DNA of 64,000 nucleotides, from contig NW_018407435.1 in NCBI RefSeq assembly GCF_002113885.1, forward strand, positions 1,830,946-1,894,945, written 5' to 3'. The notes under the pieces are model-generated. The model did no database searches. It saw only the letters and a list, made by a program, of their open reading frames with translations, and was not told the DNA's origin. Within the stretch, counting starts at the first letter, position 1. Each line of letters starts with the position of its first letter. Shown piece by piece: positions 39,491-53,280 of the stretch. Origin of the DNA: Mizuhopecten yessoensis (Eukaryota). The position numbers were made by a program, and so were the translations under genes.

Positions 39491-42400
39491 ATCATGTATT
39501 ACCAGAAACTACTAGTAGATTGCTTGGAAACATAACAGTATTAGGAAATAGAGAGAAAATTTGTATAAAGATCCCAAAAGTTCCAATGTGCGGCAGCTGA
39601 TTTATTTTGGCTACTTCTGTGTCCCCTAGCAGAATCCCCGATCCTGAAGGGGGTCCCCCATTAGTCGCCTCTTACAACATGCGGTGAGTAGCTTTTTCAA
39701 TGCCTGACAGGTGTGTACAAGTGCAATAAATGTTTACTATACTGATAACACTGTGGGTTGGCGTGGATTTATAATCGCTGTTTGGGGAGTCATTTGTCGC
39801 ACAAGAGACTCTGACAGTTTCAAATGATTGTATGTTTTGAGACCGTTTAATCTTTCCACTTCGCTATGCCACAGATAGGTGGCGCTACTCCGGATATAGG
39901 AAGGGACGTTTACTTAGAGCCCCACATATGCCTTACAATTCCCCACCATAATATATATATATAGATAGATAGATAATATCTGCGTAGTCCATGCAGTTTC
40001 ATAGACTAAGATTATTCCAAGGACAGCACTATGGTTTATTTCAGGATGATGGATGGAGCTCCTATAAAAGGCCATTCCTTACGTACAGATCCACGGGGGT
40101 GGTGAACAGGAAGAATCTTACATGTCTTACTTGTTCATTCAATATTGCATGAAAAGGCAGTTGGTGGAGTTATGTAAATATGCGGCAATACCTTCTGTGT
40201 CTGGACAATCTCAAACCTACCGTCTAGTCAACTTAACAGCCGAGACCTGTTCTTATAAACCTCACTTGAAATTATTGTAGTAAAGTATTGGAGTTAAGAT
40301 TAAACGGATGTCATTGCGTATTTAAATTTATTCTTAAAAAGATATTTTGAGAATGTTTTAAATGTGATATTAATCAGATTTCGTGTTACTCCTAAAAACT
40401 GTGTCATCCGCCAACCCATTAATATCTCCAATGACAAATACCTTTGTGTGTTAAACGCAAAACCAAAAGCCTGGCCCAGCTTCGATAGAATGGTATCGAA
40501 CAGAGCCTTTGAAATGATTAATCGGGCGTTTTATCATTTATATAGTGGGAAAAAAGTTTGGACAGATTCATCATTAGACTATGTTGGTTTTATCAGATAA
40601 AAGCTGGCACTACCGGATATGACCATGTGTCATGTTCTCGTTAAATCTCAAACTCTCGTACTTTTTAACAAAAATGGCCCGAGTGAATACGGACAGCGTG
40701 GTCGTTTCCGCTACCACAAAACAGGTACAATGGATAGCGTAATTTTCATTCATTTAAAAATGTATTAATGAAATCTAAAACCAAACATCACATTATTACC
40801 ACACATGAAACCGATAAGATAAAAATGATGTCGTTTTCCCACCTATTCTTAACGTGTACAAACTTTCATATCTGTAAATATCTCCCTAAGCACGTCTGAG
40901 CGTTGTCGGAATAATTTGACCGGATAGAACTGTGTCCGGATATTGACATTCCAGTGAAATGGCACTAAAGTGGCTCCTTAGGGTTCTATCATTAGACCTT
41001 AGCTGTTGCGAAGACGCAAAATCTTAGTAAAAACGAACTCAAACGTATATTGATTGTGATGTCTGATCAACTGTACCGCTGGTGTTAGCGCCTTCCAATA
41101 CCATTCTCCACATTACTTTATTCAACGTTGACCCACTATTTTAGTACGTAATTGTTGTGCTACGTTTTGTTTTGATTCGGAGGAACTCTATTTATGAGCA
41201 ATTATACTTTGAAATTTATCAGATGCACATGCTGTTCTACTGGAACTTAGTGGTGTTGAAAGACCGAATTGTATCAGTAGTAGATTTTCATACTAAGTTT
41301 AGTGGCGGATCTCGAGAGTGATCGAGAGGCTACCAAAGTATCATGCGAGGTTTCCAAATAGGAAAATAATGATTAAGCTCATGAGTATTAAGGAAATGGA
41401 CAGACATCGGGGTTTCTTGAAGCCTCCCGGAAATCAAACTTGATTTCGACACTCATCCAAGATTGTTTTACTATAATTTCAAAATTGCATACCATATTGT
41501 TTCAAATGATAAACAATTACACTAGGTCCAGATTGGTCTACCGTCAGGTCAACACATGCTCGTGCGTGCCACATGGTACCCATTCCTTATTGCGAGGCGA
41601 ACATTGTCATTTCAACCGGAAGTACTTATGTCTACTTAGCAAAAGAGTGGGCAGAACTACGAGGCAAGCAGTGCCGTCTTGTCCAATCGACAAATGAACT
41701 TTGTACCGGAAGTCGTATGATCCGAATAATCACCACGACGCACATAAGGGCAAGGCACGTAATGGCCGTATGACTAGCGGAGCAAATAGTTTATTCTGAG
41801 AATTAAATTTCTTTGACCCTGACCCCTGTAGCAAAAGTACTCCTTGAATTGAACTAAATTTACTAGAAATCAAAGATGCTAACCTTTCCAGTGAAATTTA
41901 GGGAATGTAACATTATTTTCATTAATCATTAATAATTAACAATATACATTTCTCTTGAGAATCCGTTCAATTTCTGTAGAATACATATACAGCATGGTGC
42001 CATAAGTGAGTAAACAAACCGCAACTTTAGATGGCGGTTTGCTTTTCCCCTAAATATATTTAGATAAGATATTACAAAGCACTGAAAAAAATGAATATTT
42101 ATTTATCTTACGATTCAACATTTACAAGTTAAAAAGGACTGAAATAACGTAATGAATAGTTTATGATTTCGTTTGTTTCGTTTCGCTTCTTTATTCTGTT
42201 TAAGGAACATTTTCCTTCTGTAGGCAAAACACGGTATCTCCCCTTAATTTTGTTTGGGATAAAAATGCAATCGGGAACCGTCGGCCTTTTCAATCAATAA
42301 ACGATTTTCTCGTTAACGGAAAGTGCCAACAGTTCCCAATCGGATATAACTGTTATGTAGCACTCCCGCTGACCAGGTATCATGAGGTATATAGACAGCA

Positions 42401-43015
42401 TAATGACGGACGTCCTGGTTTCGAATCCTTGTCTTGTACTGTTGTATTTTTCTTTTTCGTAAAACCACCGCAAGGTATAATCTTCTTTATAGGAATGGCT
42501 TACGACAACTATTGTCATACCGGGGAAATGTTTGCAACGCATAGTTACAGCGTTTTGCACAGGAACGGGATCCTTAAGTTTTGTAACTTTAGTACTTGTC
42601 AAGTTGACGTATTAGGAATTCTACATTATTGCTGTTTTAGAAAGACATGCTCTGGTAAATATATTGACGTAAACAACAAGTGTTGTGATTAACTTCAGGC
42701 CAAATATGGTATGTAACCTCGGCTGACCTTTATGAGTGTTACTCGTAGCGGCCGCGGGCTGTATGACAAACGTCTGTTAAACAGAAATACTGTATATCTA
42801 TTTCTTCTACGTTTTTATTGTTTTTGTCATTATTTCGTGATTTAACTGGCGTCCATTTACATCAATTTGCATAAGGCTGTCACGATTGTAAGTTTTAATC
42901 GTGATATTTTTTTTTAAATCTTGATACCTATAAGATAACTTCCAGGGACTGGTTCATATCAAGGCGTATCTTTCTGCCATGTCCGATTTATATTTTATAT
43001 TTTCGGAGATATTAC

Positions 43016-44220
43016 TACGATGGCCGACAAGAGTCTGGCAAAAAGANCGGCCGAAAACAGCCATGGTACAGAAACATGTGAAACCATCAGACAAAAAGGT
43101 TACCAAGTATGACAAATTACACCCCGATAAGGCTGTCATCACATACAATGAAATGTTATCGCACGGAATGTCTGTTATTTTTATTACACCAAATGAGCTT
43201 CCAAACTATTACTTACTCATTTAAATTGAAATCAACTATTCAATAAATATCCTTTACCGAATTTTATAAATGTTTTATTTTAAAAAGGAAGTCATTATGG
43301 ATTATTATTCTAATACATTTCTAATGTATTCTACCGTCGGCGTCTTCAACTTCTCAAATGAAAGAAACTCCAAACCAGTTAAAAACGCCGACGGGGTCCG
43401 TAGGGGACAAGGGGACAATCAATTTAATTACTTCGAAGGATAGTCTACCTTTTTCTAAAAAAAAAATTGGGGGGAGGGGATGGAAATACGATGGGCTAGT
43501 TGTACGATTCGTTTTTAATCTGGACATCTTTCAAAACAAGGGAAATGACAAAAATATTCAGATGTCCTTTATCCCTTTTGGAGACCCTGTCAAGGCCCCT
43601 ATACTTACACAATTGCAACTAACTCTGTTTTTCATCAGAAGTGATTAATGAACTTCACGACTTGTTTCGACGTTGTAATTAGGGCTTCACTATTCGGGTT
43701 CAGTTCTGGTCATAGTGTCCGATAACAACATTCCGATGCTCTGGTGGTACACTTTTTTCGTATCTTTTTGTACCGTAGGTGGTACAAAAAGAAATGAAAA
43801 AAGTGTAACGCGGTACTAAAAGAAGAGAAGCTTTCACATCTTTTTGTACCAGGCAAAAGTGTACCACGGTACAGAAAGATATGAAAAAAGTGTAACGTGT
43901 GATTTCATGGTACACTTTTTTCATATCTATTTGTACCATAGGTGGTACAAAAAGAAATGAAAAAAGTGTAACGCGGTACTAAAAGGTGAGAAGCTTTCAT
44001 ATCTTTTTGCCGGCTGATATCAGCTGTTGGTACATATACATGTGAAAGTAAAGAGTGTTTTTTGTAAAGTTCTTTATAATCTTTATGTACCATGGTACAT
44101 TTTTACATGGTACACAAAGATTTGAATTTTCATATCTTTGTGTACCATATGAAAGTGTACCGTGGTACAAAAAGATATGAAAGTTCATATCTTTTTGTCA
44201 GGCTCTTGTCGGCCATCGTA
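43016..44220. mobile_element. 1.2-kb non-autonomous DNA transposon, IS3EU-like
   Basis: ~31-bp TIRs TACGATGGCCGACAAGAGTCTGGCAAAAAGA / TCTTTTTGTCAGGCTCTTGTCGGCCATCGTA; perfect 6-bp TSD TATTAC (43010-43015, 44221-44226); internal fold-back repeats 43745-44195. Confidence 0.8.
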
Positions 44221-45547
44221 TATTACAGATTTGAAAATAAACAGAAAATTGACATTGAAACCTACAGTTCTTTCAGCAGCCTAAAGGCGGTACAATATAT
44301 ACAGGTATGTATTACAAAGGTTTACAAATACAATCCGTCATCCGAGACCTCGGGGTTGTCGTAACTTTGTATTTATAGGGCTAAGAAACCAAGGTAATTG
44401 TGACTGCAGGGAGTTTGATGTTGTCAACAGGCCTTGTGACAGAATGTACAATAAAATGTACAATATTTACAGCATTTACTTGCAACAGATCAAGAGTTTC
44501 TCCGATAGAACAACAGGTCATATTCACTGTAATAGTTCTTGGTCAATGTGTCAATGATGTCCAGAGTTAAAAGTCTCGAAGCTGAACACGCTATAGTTTC
44601 TAATTTTATGGGTATTATGTATATATATACTCGTCTTTCCTGTGATATATATAATAACTTGACTACTGTCATTGTCAAGCAATCAGAAACCGTCGGCACT
44701 TTCGTATTTCCCCCCAATTTGTACTACAAGAACCTATATGTCGGGTAAAGCACCATATATCCGGTTTTCGCCCCTTTGATAGAATTCCACGAGCAGCAGC
44801 CCTTTACCTTAGATACTTTAACAGATGGTACGTAGGATAAAGCACAAAACAAACCGAAATCTTCAAGAAATACATCGTCGTTCGGTTCAAGGCTTTGATT
44901 AGAGCCGTTAGGTTTGGAAAGGTTTTCAAGGTAAAATTTCCCACATCGTCTTTCAGGAATGTAAGCATTGTACAAATCAGAATGCACAAGATATTTTAAG
45001 TAACACCACAAATGCCACTTTTCCAGTTTGATTGATTCAAATTAAGACTTTTTATTGAATTAAAGATACGGGTACATAATGAACGATGGGAATTCTGGAG
45101 GTCTGAATCACTCGAGATTTATGGCCTCCACTTCACCTCAAATAAACCTCACAACCTTGCATATCACATCCCGCAATACAGAAACCCCCACAGGTGTTAC
45201 AGCATAGCGCCCACATCTCATGTAAGTATCACTTCGTTCGTTTAATTAAAATTTAACCACCACTTTGTAACTGGTTTTAGAAAGCACTTTCAGGTACTTA
45301 TGTGCTGTTTGTTCTGTGTTAACTTGTAGGTGGCGTTTTTTTGAAGTTTAAGAAATCTTTTATGGTAAAAAAATCACACCTGTTTTACAGACCTCATTTA
45401 TTAAAATATTTAAGAATTTAAAAATAAAATTGAAAAGCTTAAAACAATATTGTTTTCTGTCTTTAATAATTAAACTACAGAGGGAACATGTCAAATCAAA
45501 CCCATGACGTCGAGGTCGTGAAATAAACAGAGTTTGACACCCAGTAG

Positions 45548-48500
45548 GTGAGGGATAGAGCGTGATGGATACAGCGTGTAGTATTCCTGGTTGACTGTGA
45601 GGGATAGAGCGTGAGGTATTCCTGGTTGACCGTGAGGGATAGAGTGTGATATTCCTGGTTAACCGTGAGGGATAGAGCGTGTGATATTCCTGGTTGACTG
45701 TGAGGGATAGAGCATGAGGGATAGAGCGTGTGATATTCCTGGTTGACCGTGAGGGATAGCGCGTGTGATATTCCCGGTTGAATGTGGGGAATAGAGCGTG
45801 TGATATTCCTGGTTGACTTTGAGGAATAGAGCATGTGATATTCCTGGTTGACTGTGAGGGATAGAGCGTGAGGGATAGAGCATGAGGGATAGAGCGTGTG
45901 ATATTCCTGGTTGACTTTGAGGAATAGAGCGTGTGATATTCCTGGTTGACTTTGAGGAATAGAGCGTGTGATATTCCTGGTTGACTGTGAGGAATAGAGC
46001 GTGTGATATTCCTGGTTGACTGTGAGGGATAGAGCGTGAGGGATAGAGCGTGTGATATTCCTAGTTGACTGTGAGGAATAGAACGTGTGATATTCCTGGT
46101 TGACCGTGCGGGATAGAGCGTTTGATATTCCTGGTTGACCGTGAGGGATAGAGAGTTTGATATTCCTGGTTGACCGTGAGGGATAGAGAGTTTGATATTC
46201 CTGGTTGACCGTGAAGGATAGAGCGTGTGATACGCCTGGTTGACCGTGAGGGATAGAGAGTTTGATATTCCTGGTTGACTGTGAGGGATAGAGCGTGTGA
46301 TATTCCTGGTTGACTGTGAGGGATAGAGCTAGTGATATTCCTGGTTGACCGTGATTGATAGAGCGTGTGATATTCCTGGTTAACCGTGAGGGATAGAGCG
46401 TGTGGTATTCCTGGTTGACCGTGAAGGATAGAGCGTGTGATACGCCTGGTTGTCCGTGAGGGATAGAGAGTTTGATATTCCTGGTTGACCGTGAGGGATA
46501 GAGCTTGTGATATTCCTGGTTGACTGTAAAGGATAGAGCGTGTGATATTCCTGGTGAGGGATAGAGAGTTTGATATTCCTGGTTGACTGTGAGGGATAGA
46601 GCTAGTGATATTCCTGGTTGACCGTGAGGGATAGAGTGTGATATTCCTGGTTGACCATGAGGGATAGAGCGTGTGATATTCCTGGTTGACTGTAAAGGAT
46701 AGAGCGTGTGGTATTCCTAGTCGACCGTGAGGGATAGGGCGTGTGATATTCCTGGTTAACCGTGAGGGATATAGCGTGTGATATTCCTGGTTGACCGTGA
46801 GGGATAGGAATAGAGCGTGTGATAGTCCTGGTTGACCGTGAAGGATAGAGCGTGTGATACTCCTGGTTGACCGTGAGGGATAGATCGTTTGGTATTCCTG
46901 CTTAACTGTGAGGGATACAGCGTGTGATATTCCTGGTTGACCGTGAAGGATAGAGCATGTGATATTCCTGGTTGACTGTGAGGGATAGAGTGATATTCCT
47001 GGTTGACTGTGAGGGATAGAGCTAGTGATATTCCTGGTTGACCGTGAGGGATAGAGCGTGTTATATTCCTGGTTAACCGTGAGGGATAGAGCGTGTGGTA
47101 TTCCTGGTCGACTGTGAGGGATAGAGCGTGTGATATGCCTGGTTGACCGTGAGGGATAGAGCGTGTGATATTCCTGGATGACAGTGAGGGATAGAGCGTG
47201 TGATATTTCTGGTTAACCGTGAGGGATAGAGCGTGTGATATTCCTGGATGACAGTGAGGGATAGAGCGTGTGATATTCCGGGTTGACTGTAGGGGATAGA
47301 GCGTGTGATATTCCTCGTCGACCGTGAGGGATAGAGCGTGTGATATTCTTTGAGGAATAGAGCGTGTGATATTCCTGGTTGACTGTGAGGAATAGAGCGT
47401 GTGATATTCCTGGTTGACCGTGATGAATAGAGCGTGTGATATTCCTGGTTGACCGTGATTGATAGATCGTGTGATATTCCTGGTTAACCGTGAGGGATAT
47501 GGCGTGTGATATTCCTGGTTGACTGTAAAGGATAGAGCGTGTGATATTCCTGGTGAGGGATAGAGAGTTTGATATTCCTGGTTGACTGTGAGGGATAGAG
47601 CTAGGGATATTCCTGGTTGACCGTGATTGATAGAGCGTGTGATATTCCTGGTTGACCGTGAGGGATAGAGCGTGTGGTATTCCTGGTCGACTGTGAGGGA
47701 TAGAGCGTGTGGTATTCCTGGTAGACCGTGAGGGATATAGCGTGTGATACTCCTGGTTGACCGTGAGGGATAGATCGTGTGGTATTCCTGGTTGACTGTG
47801 AAGGATAGAGCGTGTGATATTCCTGGTTGACTGTAAAGGATAGAGCGTGTGGTATTCCTAGTCGACCGTGAGGGATAGGGCGTGTGATATTCCTGGTTGA
47901 CTGTGAGGGATAGAGCTAGTGATATTCCTGGTTGACCGTGAGGGATAGAGCTTGTGATATTCCTGGTTGACTGTAAAGGATAGAGCGTGTGATATTCCTG
48001 GTTGACCGTGAGGGATAGGAATAGAGCGTGTGATAGTCCTGGTTGACCGTGAAGGATAGAGCATGTGATAACCGTGAGGGATAGAGCGTGTGATATTCCT
48101 GGATGACAGTGAGGGATAGAGCGTGTGATATTCCTGATTCCTGGTTGACTGTGAGGGATAGAGCGTGTGATAGTCCTGGTCGACCGTGAGGGATAGAGCG
48201 TGTGGTATTCCTGGTCGACCATGAGGGATATAGCGTGTGATACTCCTGGTTGACTGTGAGTGGTTGACTGTGAGGGATAGAGCGTGTGATATTCCTGGTT
48301 AACAGTGAGGGATATAGCGTGTGATATTCCTGGTTGACGGGATAGAGCGTGTGGTATTCCTGGTCGACCATGAGGGATATAGCGTGTGATACTCCTGGTT
48401 GACTGTGATGGATAGAACGTGTGGTATTCCTGGTTGACCGTGAGGGATATTATTCCTGGTCGACTGTGAGGGATAGAGCGTGTGGTATTCCTGGTCGCCC

Positions 48501-50335
48501 GTGAGGGATATAGCGTGTGATACTCCTGGTTGACTGTGAGGGATGGAACGTGTGGTATTCCTGGTTGACCGTGAGGGATAGAGCGTGTGGTATTCCTGGT
48601 CGACCATGAGGGATATAGCGTGTGATACTCCTGGTTGACTGTGAGGGATAGAACGTGTGGTATTCCTGGTTGACCGTGAGGGATATAGCGTGTGATATTC
48701 CTGGTTGACGGTGAGGGATAGAGCGTGTGATATTCCTGGTTGACTGTGAGGGATAGAACGTGTGGTATTCCTGGTTGACCGCGAGGGATATAGCGTGTGA
48801 TATTCCTGGTTGACTGTAAAGGATAGAGCGTGTGGTATTCCTGGTTGACCGCGAGGGATATAGCGTGTGATATTCCTGGTTGACTGTAAGGGATAGAGCG
48901 TGTGGTATGCCTGGTTCACTGTGAGGGACAGAGCGTGTGATAATCCTGGTTGACTGTGAGGGATAGGGCGTGTGATATTCCTGGTTGACCGTGAGGGATA
49001 GGAATAGAGCGTGTGATAGTCCTGGTTGACCGTGAAGGATAGAGCGTGTGATATTCCTGGTTGACTGTGAGGGATAGAGCGTGTGATATTCCTGGTTGAC
49101 CGTGAAGGATAGAGCATGTGATATTCCTGGTTGACCGTGAAGGATAGAGCATGTTATATTCCTGGTTGACCGTGAGGAATAAGGCGTGTGATACTCTTAG
49201 TTGACTGTGAGGGATAGAGCGTGTGATATTCCTGGTCGACTGTGAAGGATAGAGCGTGTGATATTCCTGGTTGACTGTGAAGGATAGAGCGTGTGATATT
49301 CCTGGTTGACTGTAAAGGATAGAGCGTGTGGTATTCCTGGTCGACCGTGAGGGATATAGCGTGTGATACTCCTGGTTGACCGTGAGGGATAGATCGTTTG
49401 GTATTCCTGGTTAACTGTGAGGGATAGAGCGTGTGATATTCCTGGTTGACCGTGAAGGATAGAGCATGTGATATTCCTGGTTGACCGTGAGGAATAAGGC
49501 GTGTGATACTCTTAGTTGACTGTGAGGGATAGAGCGTGTGATATTCCTGGTTGACTGTGAAGGATAGAGCGTGTGATATTCCTGGTCGACCGTGAGGGAT
49601 ATAGCGTGTGATACTCCTGGTTGACTGTGAGGGATAGAGCTAGTGATATTCCTGGTTGACCGTGATTGATAGAGCGTGTGATATTCCTGGTTGACCGTGA
49701 GGGATAGAGCGTGTGATATTCCTGGTTGACCGTGAAGGATAGAGCATGTGATATTCCTGGTTGACCGTGAGGGATTCCTGGTTGACCGTGAGGGATAGAG
49801 CTAGCGATATTCCTGGTTGACCGTGAGGAATAGAGCGTGTGATATTCGTGGTTGACCGTGAGGGATAGAGCGTGTGGTATTCCTGGTTGACCGTGAGGGA
49901 TATAGCGTGTGATACCCCTGGTTGACTGTGAGGGATAGAGCGTGTGATTTTCCTGGTTGACCGTGAGGGATAGAGTGTATATTCCTGGTTGACCGTGAGG
50001 GGTAGAGCTAGTGATATTCCTGGTTGACCGCGAGGGATAGAGCTAGTGATATTCCTGGTTGACCGTGAGGAATAGAGCTAGTGATATTCCTGGTTGACCG
50101 TGAGGGATAGAGCTAGTGATATTCCTGGTTGACCGTGAGGGATAGAGTGTGATATTCCTGGTTGACCGTGAGGGATAGAGCTAGTGATAGAGCGTGTGGT
50201 ATTCCTAGTCGACCGTGAGGGATAGAGCGTGTGATATTCCTGGTTGACCGTGAAGGATAGAGCGTGTGATATTCCTGGTTGACTGTGAGGGATAGAGCGT
50301 GTGAATCTCCTGGTTGACCGTGAGGGATACAGCGT
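45548..50335. repeat. Satellite, 35-bp unit GTGAGGGATAGAGCGTGTGATATTCCTGGTTGACY, ~4.8 kb
   Basis: Over 130 tandem copies; explains the repetitive minus-strand ORFs at 45496-50394. Confidence 0.98.
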
Positions 50336-50469
50336 TTGACAGCCCTAGGCAACCATGATACTTTGACCATTGACAGACATTTTGTAATTGTCAACCTTTA
50401 GATCTAAAGCGTTTCACTGCGAATGAACTCCGATGGTTAATATAGTAACTTCGTTGGTTTTCAAATATT

Positions 50470-50858
50470 TATTGCTACTTCGGTCATGTAACCACGTGTC
50501 TGTCTGTCAGGTGACCGACTGACAGTAAAGATGACTACCTAGGTCATGGGACCACGTGTATGTCTGTCAGGTGTCCGACTGACATTAAAGATGACTACCT
50601 AAGTTTATGTGATCACGTGCATGTCTGTCAGGTGTCCGAAATGACAGCAAAGATTGTTACCTAGGTCATGTGATCACGTGTTTGTCTGTCAGGTGTCCGA
50701 CTGACAGTTAAGATTGCTACTTCGGTCATGTGATCACGTGTATGTCTGTCAGGTGTCCGACTGACAGTAAAGATTGCTACTTCGGTCATGTGATCACGTG
50801 TTTGTCTGTCAGATGTCCGACCAACTATTAAGATTGCTATTTTAGTCATGTGATCATG
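50470..50858. repeat. 60-bp tandem repeat (~6.5 copies) carrying GTCATGTGATCACGTG
   Basis: Consecutive 60-nt sequence lines are near-identical. Confidence 0.92.
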
Positions 50859-51372
50859 TTGATGTATTCTAACCGTTTTTAATTGTCCGATGAGAAATGT
50901 AGCAGGATTATCAACGATCAGAATTAAACAGCTACGGGGAATCGTTTACGGATGAAAAGATGTAACGCTGTGCCAAAACGGCAAAGTCCAGGTGATAGCG
51001 CAATCATGTCTTAATAAGTAGTAAATGAAGACCACAACTGGCTGAGAAACTTATGATACTTTTCTTGGTAGTGATATTTTAATTAAGTCATTTATTTATT
51101 GCAAATTCCATGAAGTTTTACAAAACCATAACTCTGAACCGGATTTAATGCAGTGCCGCCTTTGCTTTCTTTATTATATGGTTGTGTGTTATTTCCATAC
51201 AACAGAATGTTCAGGAACGGTCTACAGAAATCGTTAACTAGCTGTTATTTGGATTTTCTCTCTCGAAAAGATGGCAGATGTCATAACCATATAATATTTA
51301 TCATAAAAATCGTCTGATGACACGAAACCTGACAATATCAAGGCCAAGAGTTAGGTTGAGTAGATAGTCTAT

Positions 51373-51760
51373 AGGATCTTACATGAGTTTCCATTTCATA
51401 TGAGATTTATGAAACGAGTCTAAGATTTTTTTAATTTAGCGAGCCTCTGGCGAGCTAAAATGAAAAAATCGTGACGAGTTGCATAAATGTCATATGAAAT
51501 GAAAACGAGTGTAAGATCCTTTTTATCACATAATCAAGATTTGCAGCATTTTTTCTTGTAAAACGACAATTTTCATGCAACCTTAAAATGTAAAAATCCG
51601 TCATTTTGACTCCAGTGCGTAAGTCTGTGACGTCATGTACTTGTCCTAGGCGTGACGTCACAATTAAAACAATTGAATGAAACTTACAACCAATCACAGG
51701 ACTGATAGGTCATATTACATTGGTTAATACTCAAAAAAAATATGACATGGGTATATTCAC
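51373..51760. mobile_element. Hairpin-type non-autonomous element (Crypton-like)
   Basis: aggatcttaca...catttcatatga / tcatatgaaatg...tgtaagatcct inverted arms (51373-51520); TGACGTCA at 51628 and 51653; CCAATCACAG at ~51690. Confidence 0.6.
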
Positions 51761-53086
51761 TGGATAACATACTACATTATGTACGATTTATTACGCGGTA
51801 CAATGTAAGTTGACTGTGCATAAGGACTGGGACTGACTTATGTTATATAAATGTAGGGATCTTAATTAGTTACAGATGTTCCCCTCCGTTAATTGCTCCT
51901 TTTCTTCATCATCAATAAACACGCCATAACTAAGTTTGTGTTTTCATAGTTTGAACAGACAAAGAGCAGACACGTGTTTTTTATGTGTGTAATAAATTGT
52001 GTTTCAAACGAACCCCATCTCTTTAACATTAATAAAGCTACTAGGAGTGTTCCGTATGTATTCCTGAATCAAACAAATTTATTATCTTGACTCTGTCTTA
52101 TTAATGCACACTTCGCCTCAAATCCTTGACGATGTTAAACGGAAATGCTTTAGGAATGGTGTTGAGTCTGTAATAGATAGATATTCCTTATCACCAATAT
52201 GTCGCTACAGCTCTGGATCTGTTGTCTCATTCTCCCTGAGGTATTTATCAGGCATCTCTGATGAATGAATCAAAGATTTACTCCGATATCCTAAAATATT
52301 CTCCAGCTATTTAAGTCCAGCCCCCACAACCCTAAAATAGTGCCTCGCGCCTTAAAATAGCGTCTGTCTCCCGCATCCTCGGTATAGTTAGACCGATTTC
52401 TACTATACTATGGAATTCTAGCGTAAAGGACGAGCGCGTGCCTGTGGCATTACGAACTGCGCGCGCATATTTTGTGGCTTAGGGATGGGGAACACGTGTT
52501 ATATCACTCCTCCTCCCCTCCCTCCTCCCCAATAAATTATCTCAGTAAGTCACCAGTACATATATGCCATCTGCCAACTGGTGGCTTTTCGGTCGAAAAT
52601 GCAATTTGATCTTTCTTTCTTTTTTTAATTTTATTTTCACAAAGGAAGTTACTTGTCTTTTAATTGTATGCTTTGCTTCAGAGAGAAAAAAATAGTTTCA
52701 TAAAATAATAGCTATGTTAAAAAGATAAATAGTAAAATAAAAATAAATAAATCTAGTTTGTATGCTTTACATATTTTTGATATATATGTGTTTTATAAAC
52801 GTATGCTATATTTCCCCCTGTGCATAATTAAGACAAGCAAAGTTGTTTTCTATTGCCAACCAAATGATAACTGAGGAACAGCTTGTGTAACGATCGACAA
52901 AATATATGAATATATTGTTATCAATATTCCTGTGATATATTAGACATCTGCTCTAAGTAAACTGCCCGTGAGTCTTTGCAAATATACTACAAGATTATTC
53001 ATATCAACCGTACAGAAACAATTGCGAAAAAAAAGTACGCATGTATATATATTTACCTTGCTGACATACATGTTTGTAGTCGTAGC

Positions 53087-53280
53087 CACAGGGACCTGAG
53101 AATTTGTTACAGCTTTATATGGACCAAAGCTGAGGTGTTCAGAGTCATATTACACATTTTAGGGGTTTCGGTAAAAATACAATCTAAAATGATGATAACT
53201 CCTAAAACGTGTAATTTTACTCTGAACACTCCAGGTTAGGTCCATATATATTAGCTGTAACACATTCTCAGGTCCCTGTG
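53087..53280. mobile_element. MITE with CACAGGGACCTGA TIRs (P-superfamily-like), copy 1
   Basis: Long TIRs cacagggacctgagaatttgttacagct / agctgtaacacattctcaggtccctgtg; no clear TSD on this copy. Confidence 0.8.

Noticed and set aside
41440-41773. Short Cys-containing ORFs (VNTCSCVPH...)
   Set aside because: No convincing splice sites or recognisable domain.
2826-50335. G-rich strand of satellites tracking gene orientation
   Set aside because: True for several arrays but contradicted by the 43-bp and 24-bp arrays; too few cases to support.
45496-50394. 488-aa and other minus-strand ORFs
   Set aside because: Artefacts of the 35-bp satellite.
8263-50858. CRISPR-like appearance of the 24-47-bp repeat arrays
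   Set aside because: Units are head-to-tail with no unique spacers, there are no cas genes, and the DNA is eukaryotic with spliceosomal introns.
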